Source: an uncultured Sulfurospirillum sp.
Lineage (GTDB): Bacteria; Campylobacterota; Campylobacteria; Campylobacterales; QNZT01
Assembly: GCA_964573205.1 (NCBI GenBank)
Contig: CAZNIT010000041.1
Span: 422-64,421 of the forward strand
Length of the DNA: 64,000 nt
Direction of reading: 5' to 3'
The position numbers and the translations under genes were made by a program. Below, piece by piece: positions 9,601-19,379 of this stretch. The number at the start of each line of letters is the position of its first letter. The stretch's first letter is position 1. The notes beneath the pieces were generated by a model. The model did no database searches and was not told the origin of the DNA. It saw nothing but the letters and a program-made list of their open reading frames with translations.

Positions 9601-11121
9601 TTGATATTTGAAAATCAATACGAACAGCAGAGAATCCAAAAAGCAAAAGAGTTAAAAGAGCTAGGCTTTAACCCATATCCACATGATATAGTCAGAGATA
9701 CTACAGCTGAGCAATTTAAAAAAGAGTATGCATATGTAGCACATGATGAGGGCAAAAGAGACGAAAGCAAAATCGCCACACTAAGCGGTCGTATAAAGTT
9801 TTTAAGACTTATGGGGAAAGCGGCATTTGTCAAGATAGAAGACGAGAGCGGAATCTTACAAATTTATGTCTCAAGAGACAATCTGCCGGAGGGTTTTTAT
9901 AACAATGTTTTCAAAAAACTGATAGAAGTCGGAGATATTATCACCGTTAAAGGATATCCCTTTGTAACCAAAACCGGTGAATTATCGCTTCATGTGACGG
10001 ATCTGACTCTCGCCACCAAGGCCATAAAACCTCTTCCCGAAAAGTTTCACGGACTTCAGGACAAAGAGCTTAGATACAGACACAGATATCTTGATATGAT
10101 CACAAATCCGAAAGTCAAAGAGACTTTCAAAATCAGAAGCAAAATCGTAAGTATCACAAGAAAATTTTTCGAAGAAAAAGGCTTTTTGGAAGTTGAAACC
10201 CCGATGATGCACCCCATAGCCGGAGGCGCCAACGCCAGACCTTTCATAACTCATCACAACGCGCTCAATATCCAAAGATACCTCAGAATAGCACCTGAGC
10301 TCTATCTTAAAAGATTGGTCGTGGGAGGGTTCGAAGCGGTTTTTGAGATAAACAGAAATTTCAGAAACGAAGGTATGGATCATACCCACAATCCCGAATT
10401 TACGATGCTGGAGTTTTACTGGGCATACCACAACTATAAAGATCTTATGAATCTGACCGAAGAGCTTTTTACAAGACTTTTAAAAGAGTTGGATCTTCCT
10501 TCAAAACTTCCATACGGCGATATGGAGATAGATTTTCAAACACCTTTTAAAAAGATTTCTTGGAGAGACTCTTTGATCGAAATAGGAGGTATGGACGAAG
10601 ATATCATCGACGATAAAGAGAAGATAATTTCGTATCTTGAAGAAAGAGATTTAAAAGCGGATAAAAACCTCTCGATCGCAAAACTCCAAACGGAGCTATT
10701 CGACGAATTCGTAGAACCGAAACTGATAAATCCGACTTTCATAACCCACTATCCCATTGAGATTAGTCCTCTAGCAAGAAGAAGCGACAAAGATCCCGAG
10801 ATAGCAGATAGATTTGAGTTTTTTATAGCAGGTAAAGAGATAGCGAACGGTTTTAACGAATTAAACGATCCGCTAGATCAATACGAGAGATTTTCAAAAC
10901 AGATAGAAGACAAAGAGGCGGGAGACGAAGAGGCTCATCAAATGGATGAGGAGTATGTACATGCCCTTGGCTACGGACTGCCTCCCACAGCCGGAGAGGG
11001 TATAGGAATAGATAGATTGGCTATGATTTTGACAAACAGTCACTCCATCAGAGATGTCATACTCTTTCCGGCGATGAAACCGATAAACAAAGAACAAACT
11101 AACGACGAGGACGGGGAATGA
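9601..11121 (+). CDS. lysS: lysine--tRNA ligase (class II)
   Basis: 506 aa. TTG start behind a GAGGA RBS. OB-fold N-domain, FRNEG motif 2 region, and [15 protein letters not shown] motif 3. Confidence 0.93.
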   Translation: MIFENQYEQQRIQKAKELKELGFNPYPHDIVRDTTAEQFKKEYAYVAHDEGKRDESKIATLSGRIKFLRLMGKAAFVKIEDESGILQIYVSRDNLPEGFYNNVFKKLIEVGDIITVKGYPFVTKTGELSLHVTDLTLATKAIKPLPEKFHGLQDKELRYRHRYLDMITNPKVKETFKIRSKIVSITRKFFEEKGFLEVETPMMHPIAGGANARPFITHHNALNIQRYLRIAPELYLKRLVVGGFEAVFEINRNFRNEGMDHTHNPEFTMLEFYWAYHNYKDLMNLTEELFTRLLKELDLPSKLPYGDMEIDFQTPFKKISWRDSLIEIGGMDEDIIDDKEKIISYLEERDLKADKNLSIAKLQTELFDEFVEPKLINPTFITHYPIEISPLARRSDKDPEIADRFEFFIAGKEIANGFNELNDPLDQYERFSKQIEDKEAGDEEAHQMDEEYVHALGYGLPPTAGEGIGIDRLAMILTNSHSIRDVILFPAMKPINKEQTNDEDGE

Positions 11122-12365
11122 ATTTTTTAGAAAAAGAGGATCCGAAAGTTTATGAAATACTTCAAAACGAACTGAAAAGACAGACCGATCATCTTGAGAT
11201 GATCGCAAGCGAAAACTTCACATCGCCTGCCGTAATGGAAGCGATGGGCTCTATTTTTACAAATAAATACGCGGAAGGTTATCCTTACAAAAGGTATTAC
11301 GGAGGGTGCGAATACGCCGATGCGGTCGAACAGCTAGCGATCGACAGAGCGTGTGAACTTTTCGGGTGTAAATTCGCAAATGTACAGCCGCATTCCGGAA
11401 GTCAGGCAAATCAAGGAGTTTATCAAGCCCTTTTAAAACCTTACGACAAGATTCTGGGAATGGATCTAAGCCACGGCGGACACTTGACTCACGGCTCGAA
11501 AGTGAGCAGCTCCGGTAAAACATACTCCAGCTTTTTCTACGGAGTCGAGCTAGACGGTAGAATAAATTACGACCGCGTTATGGATATAGCCAAAATAGTT
11601 CAACCCAAACTGATAGTCTGCGGAGCGAGCGCATATCCAAGAGAGATCGATTTTAAAAAGTTCAGAGAAATCGCGGATGAGGTCGGCGCCATACTTTTTG
11701 CGGATATCGCGCATATAGCCGGTCTTGTTGCGGCGGGTGAGCATCCAAGCCCTTTCCCTTACTGCGATGTCGTAACGACCACCACTCATAAAACTCTAAG
11801 AGGTCCTAGAGGCGGAATGATCATGACAAACGACGAAGATATCGCCAAAAAGATAAACTCCGCTATATTTCCGGGAATCCAAGGAGGACCTTTAGTTCAT
11901 GTCATAGCCGCAAAAGCGGTTGGTTTTGGAGAAAATTTGAAACCGCAATGGAAAGAGTACGCAAAAGATGTAAAAGCGAACGCGAAAGTTTTGGCTGACA
12001 TACTCATCAAAAGAGGATACGATGTCGTAAGCGGCGGAACGGACAACCATCTTGTACTCGTATCCTTTTTGAATAAGGAGTTCAGCGGAAAAGATGCCGA
12101 CGCGGCTTTAGGGGACTCCGGCATAACGGTAAATAAAAATACCGTTCCCGGTGAAAAACGAAGCCCGTTTGTTACAAGCGGAATCCGAATAGGTTCACCC
12201 GCACTAACGGCAAGAGGTATGAAAACGAAAGAATTTGAAATCATAGCAGGTAAAATTGCGGATATTTTAGATAATATCAACGATAAAGAACTTCATGCTA
12301 AAATCAAAAATGAGATGAGAGAGCTAGCGCAAAACTTTGTCATCTATGATAGAGCGATTTACTAG
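11118..12365 (+). CDS. glyA: serine hydroxymethyltransferase
   Basis: 415 aa. PLP-lysine segment [14 protein letters not shown]. 4-nt overlap with lysS. Confidence 0.95.
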   Translation: MNFLEKEDPKVYEILQNELKRQTDHLEMIASENFTSPAVMEAMGSIFTNKYAEGYPYKRYYGGCEYADAVEQLAIDRACELFGCKFANVQPHSGSQANQGVYQALLKPYDKILGMDLSHGGHLTHGSKVSSSGKTYSSFFYGVELDGRINYDRVMDIAKIVQPKLIVCGASAYPREIDFKKFREIADEVGAILFADIAHIAGLVAAGEHPSPFPYCDVVTTTTHKTLRGPRGGMIMTNDEDIAKKINSAIFPGIQGGPLVHVIAAKAVGFGENLKPQWKEYAKDVKANAKVLADILIKRGYDVVSGGTDNHLVLVSFLNKEFSGKDADAALGDSGITVNKNTVPGEKRSPFVTSGIRIGSPALTARGMKTKEFEIIAGKIADILDNINDKELHAKIKNEMRELAQNFVIYDRAIY

Positions 12366-12372
12366 GGGTAAT

Positions 12373-12915
12373 ATGTACAATGTAGATATATCTTTGATCA
12401 AAATGATCACGAACCATTACTGGATCAAGAGAGATAAAATAGTAAATAAAATCAACCACAAAGGAAGACTCTTTTTCGATAAATACGAAAGAGTTGACAA
12501 AATGTTAAATAGAAGTGTCATGAACGAATATGACGAAGGAAAGATCATAGTCGCCCACTCATTGATAAACGAGCGCGACAAAGTCGAAAATATAGTCTTT
12601 GATTACAACGGCAGAAACACCGAGAAGTTTTGGCACAGACTCCAGTTAATGTTGCGAGAGGAAGGTTATCTAAACTTCACCGCATACGAGAGCAAAACTC
12701 CGGGACATCTTCATGTATATGTTCATAAAGGTCACACCACATTCAGCGAAGGGTGTCAATTGGCAAAAAACCTTTCAGCGAAACTTGCGATGAAATTGCC
12801 TAGAGAGTGGAAGATGTTTCCGAATGCGGACATTCCAAAAGAGTTCAATATACTCAATCTTCCCAAGAAAATTTACGCAAAAGAGAGAGGTTCTTCATGG
12901 GCGAAACATATGTAA
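12373..12915 (+). CDS. conserved epsilonproteobacterial protein of unknown function (DUF1882-like)
   Basis: ORF 12337..12915 trimmed to the Met at 12373, the first Met after the glyA stop. It occupies the position of C. jejuni Cj0403 downstream of glyA. Contains TPGHLHVYVH. Confidence 0.65.
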   Translation: MYNVDISLIKMITNHYWIKRDKIVNKINHKGRLFFDKYERVDKMLNRSVMNEYDEGKIIVAHSLINERDKVENIVFDYNGRNTEKFWHRLQLMLREEGYLNFTAYESKTPGHLHVYVHKGHTTFSEGCQLAKNLSAKLAMKLPREWKMFPNADIPKEFNILNLPKKIYAKERGSSWAKHM

Positions 12916-12964
12916 AGAGTTTAAAAAATCTAAAAAGTGCTAATATCATGACAGGAGAAAAATC

Positions 12965-13897
12965 ATGGAAGACAAATTAAAACAGATGGAAAAATCGAAC
13001 GATCTAAGCGACATAGTTCTTGAGAAGAAAGGAAGCGCTTCGTCCGGACCCGAGAAGACGAAAAAAATGTTGCTTACAGCCGCTACGCTGGTACTACTTT
13101 TTTTGATAGGATTGGTCGTTATGAAACTCATAAACAATCCGGACACCGTCGATCAAGGCAACATAGCTCAAATCGGTGAGGAGATAACGCAAAAAGCGGA
13201 TAGCTCCATAGAGGGAATAAGCAAAAAGGTCGAAGAGACGAACTCTCTTTTTCAACAAGAACCCATCATAGACGAAACTTCACAAACAGATCTTAAGTTC
13301 GAAGAGATGGTTAGAAAACTAAAAGCGCAAGACTCCGCCGAAGAGACTCCCGCACAAAAGGTCGAAGAAGTTGTCAAAAAGAGTGTTGAATCGGAAGCAA
13401 AACAGATTCGGCAAACAAAGGATAATTTCGCTCAAAAAGCCGATAAATTGGCCGAAAATATTATGAAACAAAAAGAAGTCGTCAAAGAAAAAACCGCAAA
13501 AGCGGCTACACAAACGAAAAAGGAGGTAACAAAAATAGCCTCTAAAATTATGCCTACCGAGAAAAAACCTACTACGGTAAAAAAAGCCGAACCGGTAAAA
13601 AAAGAGGTTATCCTCTCGACCGTTGTGGATAAAACGCCTAAAAATACGAAACTGTCCACATTAAGTGGTTATTTCATCCAAGTCGGGGCGACGGCGAACG
13701 TTTTTCCCGATAGAAGATATCTGAAAAAAATAAAAAACGCCGGATTTGATTATGTCGTGCACAGCATGACTATAAACGGTAAAAAAATCAAAAAAATCCT
13801 TATCGGGCCATATACTTCGAAAAACGAAGCAAAAATAAAACTACCTGCGGTAAAAGCGAAGATCAATCCCAGTGCCTATATATATAGGATAAAATAG
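12965..13897 (+). CDS. SPOR-domain membrane protein
   Basis: 310 aa. N-terminal TM helix, a long Lys/Glu-rich linker, and a C-terminal SPOR-like segment (GYFIQVGATAN...ILIGPYTSKNEA). Confidence 0.75.
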   Translation: MEDKLKQMEKSNDLSDIVLEKKGSASSGPEKTKKMLLTAATLVLLFLIGLVVMKLINNPDTVDQGNIAQIGEEITQKADSSIEGISKKVEETNSLFQQEPIIDETSQTDLKFEEMVRKLKAQDSAEETPAQKVEEVVKKSVESEAKQIRQTKDNFAQKADKLAENIMKQKEVVKEKTAKAATQTKKEVTKIASKIMPTEKKPTTVKKAEPVKKEVILSTVVDKTPKNTKLSTLSGYFIQVGATANVFPDRRYLKKIKNAGFDYVVHSMTINGKKIKKILIGPYTSKNEAKIKLPAVKAKINPSAYIYRIK

Positions 13898-15316
13898 GTG
13901 CACACTCTTCAAATACTGTTCGACCAGCTTACTCCGATCGCAATCTATACGAAATTAAAAGAGAAATTTCCAAACGAAATCTCTCTTTTATTTGAGAGTG
14001 CCATAAATACCGAAGAGGGAAATTATAGCTTCATTTTCATCGGTGCTAAAGAGAGAGTAACATACAAAAATGGAAAATCCGTTATTAAAAGAGAGGACGG
14101 AAGCGTTATCGAAGATGAAAACGATCCTTTCGACTATCTAAAAGAGTACTATTTTAAACTCGATATGAACAGTTATCTTGAACTCGGCAAAAAACTGAAC
14201 GTCGGATTTGTTGACGGTTTCGTAGGATTTATCGGGTATGACGCCGTCAAAATATTCGAGCCGGTGTTAAAGCCCTATATGGATCCTTTAACCGATGAAT
14301 TGGAAGCTCCGGATATCGATCTTATACGTCCGAAACTCACATTCGCTTTTTCACATAAAACAAATACTCTCACCCTTTTGACTTCGGATGAAAAATATGC
14401 GAAGGAGCTTCACGATATAGTCACTTACCTCAAGGAACCGTATCAATATACCGATCTTACGAAAACCGCTATCGACAAATCAAAAGGTAATTTCTCTTTT
14501 TCGAAAGAGAAGTTTTTCGATATGATAGAAAAATCGAAAGATATGATAAAAAGCGGAGACGTTTTTCAAATATTGATGTCAAACCGATACACTCAATACG
14601 CAAAGATTGACCCGCTAAGCTTTTATAGAACTCTTAGAAGTCAAAACCCCTCTCCCTATATGTTTTTGCTCCAATTTGAAAATTTTACGATAGCCGGAAG
14701 CTCGCCTGAGGTTATGGTCGGACTTCATAACCGACACATACTTCTTCGTCCCATAGCCGGAACAAGAAGAAGAGGAGATACTCCCCAAAGAGATATCGAA
14801 CTAGCTCAAGAAATGCTAAACGACGAAAAAGAGTGTGCGGAGCATCTGATGCTCGTCGATCTCGGACGAAACGATGTAGGACGAGTCGCAAAAAGCGGTA
14901 CCGTAAAGGTAACCGAAATGATGAGAGTCGAAAGATACTCCCATGTTATGCATATGGTAAGCGATATAGATGCTATACTAGATGACAAATACGATATGTT
15001 TGATCTTTTTTCGGCTACGTTTACAGCGGGAACAATGACGGGCGCTCCGAAAATAAGAGCTATGGAGTTGATAGCCGAATTCGAAGAGCTAAAAAGAGGA
15101 TTTTACAGCGGAGCTATAGGATACTTTGGATTTGACGGTAATATGGACAGTGCCATTGCTATAAGAACGGCCTATCTTGACGATGAGAAGATAGTCTTTC
15201 AAGCCGGTGCGGGTATAGTAGCGGATAGTCAAAAAGAGTTGGAATATCTCGAAGTACAAAATAAACTTGCCGCAAATTTGGCATCGCTGGATAAATTAAA
15301 TGAAAACGACGCATAA
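13898..15316 (+). CDS. trpE: anthranilate synthase component I family (chorismate-utilising enzyme)
   Basis: 472 aa. GTG start immediately after the upstream stop. Motifs LLFES, PIAGTRRRG (Ala rather than the PabB Lys) and GAGIVADS. No trpG is adjacent, so a PabB-like role is not excluded. Confidence 0.75.
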   Translation: MHTLQILFDQLTPIAIYTKLKEKFPNEISLLFESAINTEEGNYSFIFIGAKERVTYKNGKSVIKREDGSVIEDENDPFDYLKEYYFKLDMNSYLELGKKLNVGFVDGFVGFIGYDAVKIFEPVLKPYMDPLTDELEAPDIDLIRPKLTFAFSHKTNTLTLLTSDEKYAKELHDIVTYLKEPYQYTDLTKTAIDKSKGNFSFSKEKFFDMIEKSKDMIKSGDVFQILMSNRYTQYAKIDPLSFYRTLRSQNPSPYMFLLQFENFTIAGSSPEVMVGLHNRHILLRPIAGTRRRGDTPQRDIELAQEMLNDEKECAEHLMLVDLGRNDVGRVAKSGTVKVTEMMRVERYSHVMHMVSDIDAILDDKYDMFDLFSATFTAGTMTGAPKIRAMELIAEFEELKRGFYSGAIGYFGFDGNMDSAIAIRTAYLDDEKIVFQAGAGIVADSQKELEYLEVQNKLAANLASLDKLNENDA

Positions 15317-16097
15317 GCTCTTCGCCATTTTCGGAAATCCGGTAAGCCACTCTATCTCCCCTCTTATGCACAATTACGCCCTAAAAGCTTTTGGAATCGA
15401 CGGCTGCTACACCAGATACGAATTGACCGATGCGAAAAAGTTAAAAGAGAAGTTTTTACAACTCAAACTTAGCGGAATAAATATAACCGTTCCCCACAAG
15501 GAAGCGGCATTTTTAGCATGTGACGAAGTAAAAGGAATAGCGAAAAAAATCGGTGCGGTAAATACCATAATAAATCAAGAAGATAAACTAATAGGCTACA
15601 ATACCGATGCGCCGGGATTTTACAAGTGCGCCTTATCTTTTGGAAAAATTTCAAATGTTTTGATTCTCGGAGCGGGAGGAACCGCAAAAGCGATAGCAAC
15701 CGTCTTTAGAGAAAACAATATACCTGTGACGCTTTTAAACAGATCCGGAAAAAGACTTCTCTTTTTTAAAGAGCAAGGATACGAAACTTACGTTTGGGAC
15801 GATTTTGACGTAGGATTTTATGACCTGGTCGTGAACACCACTTCGGCGGGATTGAACGATGACAAACTTCCCGCACCTAAAAAAATCTTAAGCGTCGTCT
15901 TTCAAAAATCAAGATACGCCATCGATGTCATCTACAACAAAAAGACACCCTTTTTAATGATGGCGTCAAAATTCAATCTCCCCTTTAAAGACGGAAGCCT
16001 GATGCTTTTATATCAAGGTATATATGCTTTTGATCTCTTTTTCAATATGGAATATAACGAAAAAGAGATCCATCGACATATGAAAAAAGCCTTCTAA
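15300..16097 (+). CDS. aroE: shikimate dehydrogenase
   Basis: 265 aa. FGNPVSHSISPLMHN and a GAGGTAKA NADP-binding loop. Confidence 0.9.
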   Translation: MKTTHKLFAIFGNPVSHSISPLMHNYALKAFGIDGCYTRYELTDAKKLKEKFLQLKLSGINITVPHKEAAFLACDEVKGIAKKIGAVNTIINQEDKLIGYNTDAPGFYKCALSFGKISNVLILGAGGTAKAIATVFRENNIPVTLLNRSGKRLLFFKEQGYETYVWDDFDVGFYDLVVNTTSAGLNDDKLPAPKKILSVVFQKSRYAIDVIYNKKTPFLMMASKFNLPFKDGSLMLLYQGIYAFDLFFNMEYNEKEIHRHMKKAF

Positions 16098-16106
16098 GCG
16101 AAAAGA

Positions 16107-16709
16107 TTAGAGATCTTCAAGGAAAATAATCTTCGAAGGCAGATAGTTATTCGTATCCGTCCAGTCCCAATCTATCGGCTCAAGCGAAACTCTTATCTCG
16201 TTCGTATCGTCATTTAGATTTTCGATTAGCGTTCGTTCTATGAAAACTTTTTGTCTATATTCCCCTTTCCCTTTATCTCCTACACAAAATGAGTTGTTGA
16301 CATCGGATACGTATTCCCATTTCCATTGGGTTGAAGATTTGGATACGAAGAGTTTGTCATCCTCTATCATATAGTCCGCACCGATAATGTTATAAGGCTC
16401 GATACCCATACTCAAACCGCTGGATGCGTTAAAATCGGTGTCTATATAAACCTGCATATGAGAAAAATCCGATACGTTGACATCTTGAGCGTTTACGGTC
16501 AATTTTAAATATTTGTCATTTACGGCTCCTCTTATCATTACATTTGCCGCAAAATCCTCGTAATTCATCGGCAAAAGCTTCTCATCACTATATTTGGAAA
16601 GATGGGAAGGTTGATTCTCATCGTCTTTGATGGTGCTTGAACCGCACCCGGCAGCCGTCAACAGTGTAAGAGTTAATAAAAAAATATTCAATTTTAAAAG
16701 TGATCTCAT
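16107..16709 (-). CDS. hypothetical lipoprotein
   Basis: ORF trimmed to the Met at 16709, which has an AGGA RBS 7 nt upstream. Signal peptide plus lipobox LTAAGC. No recognisable domain. Confidence 0.6.
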   Translation of the reverse strand: MRSLLKLNIFLLTLTLLTAAGCGSSTIKDDENQPSHLSKYSDEKLLPMNYEDFAANVMIRGAVNDKYLKLTVNAQDVNVSDFSHMQVYIDTDFNASSGLSMGIEPYNIIGADYMIEDDKLFVSKSSTQWKWEYVSDVNNSFCVGDKGKGEYRQKVFIERTLIENLNDDTNEIRVSLEPIDWDWTDTNNYLPSKIIFLEDL

Positions 16710-16846
16710 GAATTCGTCCTCATAATATGTTCTTAAATTATTATGCAACGAATATTTTAATTTGTCAATAGTATTTAACTTTTTTAAGCCCAGGAAAAGA
16801 TTTTTTGTAGTAGTTCGTTACTTTTTTACCTAATTATAGCTAAATT

Positions 16847-17419
16847 TCAAATCCTAACACGCTGGTTTAAAGCTTTCGAGAGCGAGAGCATATCCACATT
16901 TTCGAGATTTACGCCGGTTGGAACTCCTTGAGCAATCTTACTAAAGCCGACTTCGTAAACACTCAACTTATCTTCGATAAATAAAATAACACTATCATTG
17001 GCCAAAGACGGAGTAAAAGCGAAAATCACCTCTTTCACGCCCTCCTCGACAAGAGTACGAAGTTTTTGGATATTCTCCTCATCCAAACTCTCCACAACGA
17101 AATAGCGCCCGTCAAATTCTACGCTCTCGTCGATAATCAATATATCTTTCGCACTCTCCACAAGACATATTTTACTGCGATCCCTATTTTCATCCAGACA
17201 AATTTCACAGATCTCATCTTCACTTATACCGTTACAAATTATACATTTTTTTATATTCGCCACCGCATCTTCTATGGCATGAGCTAGTTTCAAAGCGCTA
17301 AAAGAGTTTTCAAGAACCATATAATACGCAAACCTTTGCGCCGATTTTTTACCAACACTCGGTAACTGTTGAAACGCCTCCACTAGATTATTGAATTTTT
17401 CCAGACTTCTTGTTTTCAT
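16847..17419 (-). CDS. recR: recombination protein RecR
   Basis: 190 aa. C4 zinc finger CIICNGISEDEICEIC followed by a Toprim domain. Confidence 0.9.
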   Translation of the reverse strand: MKTRSLEKFNNLVEAFQQLPSVGKKSAQRFAYYMVLENSFSALKLAHAIEDAVANIKKCIICNGISEDEICEICLDENRDRSKICLVESAKDILIIDESVEFDGRYFVVESLDEENIQKLRTLVEEGVKEVIFAFTPSLANDSVILFIEDKLSVYEVGFSKIAQGVPTGVNLENVDMLSLSKALNQRVRI

Positions 17420-17553
17420 AAAATAGAGTTTAACAAAAAAGCTATTAAGAAAATCAACCGAAAATCTCTATATTAATTCTATAAAAATATTTTTATATCA
17501 GTTTAATTTTAAGATATTTAAATATAATAATAAATTATAAAAAAGGATTCGAT

Positions 17554-18372
17554 TTGATCAGAGATTTAGTAATATACCCCGACAAACGCATAAATATCGC
17601 CGCGCCGGACGTCAGAAGCTTTAACGATGAGTTGGCACAGGTCATAACCGATATTAAAGAGACGATGGACAAGCACGGTGTCAAAGGTATGGCCGCGATT
17701 CAGATCGCTTTACCGTACGCCGTAGTGGTCATCAAACAAGACGACGGAAGCTATCTTGAAATCATAAATCCCAGGATCATAGGAAAAGAGGGAAATGTGG
17801 TATCGACGGAAACGACGCTCTATTTTCCGAATACGACACATACGGTAAACAGATACGAAAAGATCAGACTCGTCTATCAAGACAGAAACGGTGAACAAAA
17901 ATCGATGATAGCGCAAGGCGAGCTAGGCATACTTCTTCAAAGAAAAATCGACTACGTATATGGAGGAACCATTGCCGACAGGGTGAGTGAAAAAGAGCGA
18001 AAAGATATGGAAAAGAATCTGGCACGAAACGGCGTAAGCGGCTCTTTTGAGAGTTGTCCGAGAATCTTTATGCGAGACTATTTCATAAGTTTTATCCAAA
18101 AAGTTCTCTTTCTGATCTTTATGACGCTTTTTTCACCGCTTTTGAATCTAAAAGACGAAACTATAGAATCCATTCGCTCTTTTGACAAATATTCATACTT
18201 TATCGTTATCGCTTTGCTGATAGGATACTTCTTTACGGCACTTTACGAATCGAAAAAATATCACTCTTGTACCAGTTGCCAGATAGGAAACATCATAGGA
18301 ACGGCGGCAAAATATCTCATAGGCGCTTCTCTTCTATTTTGGTTATCGACCTATCTGATCACACCGGCATAA
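17554..18372 (+). CDS. peptide-deformylase-like domain (active site degenerate) fused to a C-terminal 3-TM domain
   Basis: Residues 1-145 align by eye with E. coli Def (IYPDKRI...KGMAAIQ). The EGC motif reads ETT and the QHExxH motif reads QRKIDY. Residues 175-270 carry three hydrophobic helices. TTG start behind an AAGGA RBS. Confidence 0.75.
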   Translation: MIRDLVIYPDKRINIAAPDVRSFNDELAQVITDIKETMDKHGVKGMAAIQIALPYAVVVIKQDDGSYLEIINPRIIGKEGNVVSTETTLYFPNTTHTVNRYEKIRLVYQDRNGEQKSMIAQGELGILLQRKIDYVYGGTIADRVSEKERKDMEKNLARNGVSGSFESCPRIFMRDYFISFIQKVLFLIFMTLFSPLLNLKDETIESIRSFDKYSYFIVIALLIGYFFTALYESKKYHSCTSCQIGNIIGTAAKYLIGASLLFWLSTYLITPA

Positions 18373-19090
18373 AATCATCGGGAGCTTCGCTGAGGAACTC
18401 ATATCCCAATATTTTAACAAAATACGAATGAAGAAGCACTCTTTTGTAAGGTTTTCCTCCGTAAACTCGGTCTCCGATAATCGGATATCCGATATGTTTC
18501 AAATGCGCCCTTATCTGGTGCGTTCTGCCGGTCTTTATCGAGACTTCGATCTTTGATCTTTTGCCGTAAACTTCCAACGGCCTTACTATCGTTAGCGCCT
18601 CTTTCCCTTTTTTCGAAACTTTTGTAAACGCGCTACCTCCTCTTTTGACCGTAAGTAGAGGATCGTTTATGATTATCTCTTCGGCTATGACTCCTTGAAC
18701 CCAAGCTATGTACGATTTCTCCACCTCGAATCTTCTAAAAGCCTCTATCGCCTTTTTTCGGAACTCATCATCCTTTACCAGCAAAAGCACACCGCTTGTC
18801 TCTTTATCGAGTCTGTGAAGTAGTTTTGAGGAGTGTTTTTTAGCTATCTGCTCACTCGTAATAAAAGCGGGTTTATCGATAACAATGAGTTTGTCGTCTT
18901 CGAAAATTTTTTTTATTTTTGCCGGTTTCTCGACTTTAAACGTACTTTTGGCCGACATCAACGCTCTAGCCATAACTATCTTCTTCCCGCCGCTATATAC
19001 CAATCCGCTATCTATCAGATCTTTTGCCGAGCGGTTGGTAATTCCCTCTTGAACGGCTAAAAGTTTATACGCTTTTTCCTGCATTTTCAT
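18359..19090 (-). CDS. RluA-family pseudouridine synthase
   Basis: 243 aa. S4-like N-terminus and the catalytic motif HRLDKETSGVLLL. Confidence 0.87.
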   Translation of the reverse strand: MKMQEKAYKLLAVQEGITNRSAKDLIDSGLVYSGGKKIVMARALMSAKSTFKVEKPAKIKKIFEDDKLIVIDKPAFITSEQIAKKHSSKLLHRLDKETSGVLLLVKDDEFRKKAIEAFRRFEVEKSYIAWVQGVIAEEIIINDPLLTVKRGGSAFTKVSKKGKEALTIVRPLEVYGKRSKIEVSIKTGRTHQIRAHLKHIGYPIIGDRVYGGKPYKRVLLHSYFVKILGYEFLSEAPDDFMPV

Positions 19091-19379
19091 TTTCCTTCGA
19101 TTTCTCTTTAATAAATATCTCTATCTTTTCGTTATACGGTACTCTCAACCGTTTTCGTTTGGATTTTTCACCCGAAACGAAAGATATTTCACTTTTTGAT
19201 ATTTTAAACTTTTTAGAGAAAAATTTAACTATCTCCCTGTTTGCCGCACCGTCAACAGCCGGAGCTTTTATCTTTACTTTCAAAGACTCGTCGTATATAT
19301 ATAAAATTTCGTTTTTACTCGCTGCCGGTAGCGCCTTTATGTTGAATATTACGAAATTATCTTTGACCTCATACCACAA
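19065..19379 (-). CDS. DUF167 (YggU-like) protein
   Basis: 104 aa. The IKALPAASKNEI...VKIKAPAVDGAANREI pattern is typical of YggU/DUF167. Confidence 0.7.
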   Translation of the reverse strand: MWYEVKDNFVIFNIKALPAASKNEILYIYDESLKVKIKAPAVDGAANREIVKFFSKKFKISKSEISFVSGEKSKRKRLRVPYNEKIEIFIKEKSKENENAGKSV

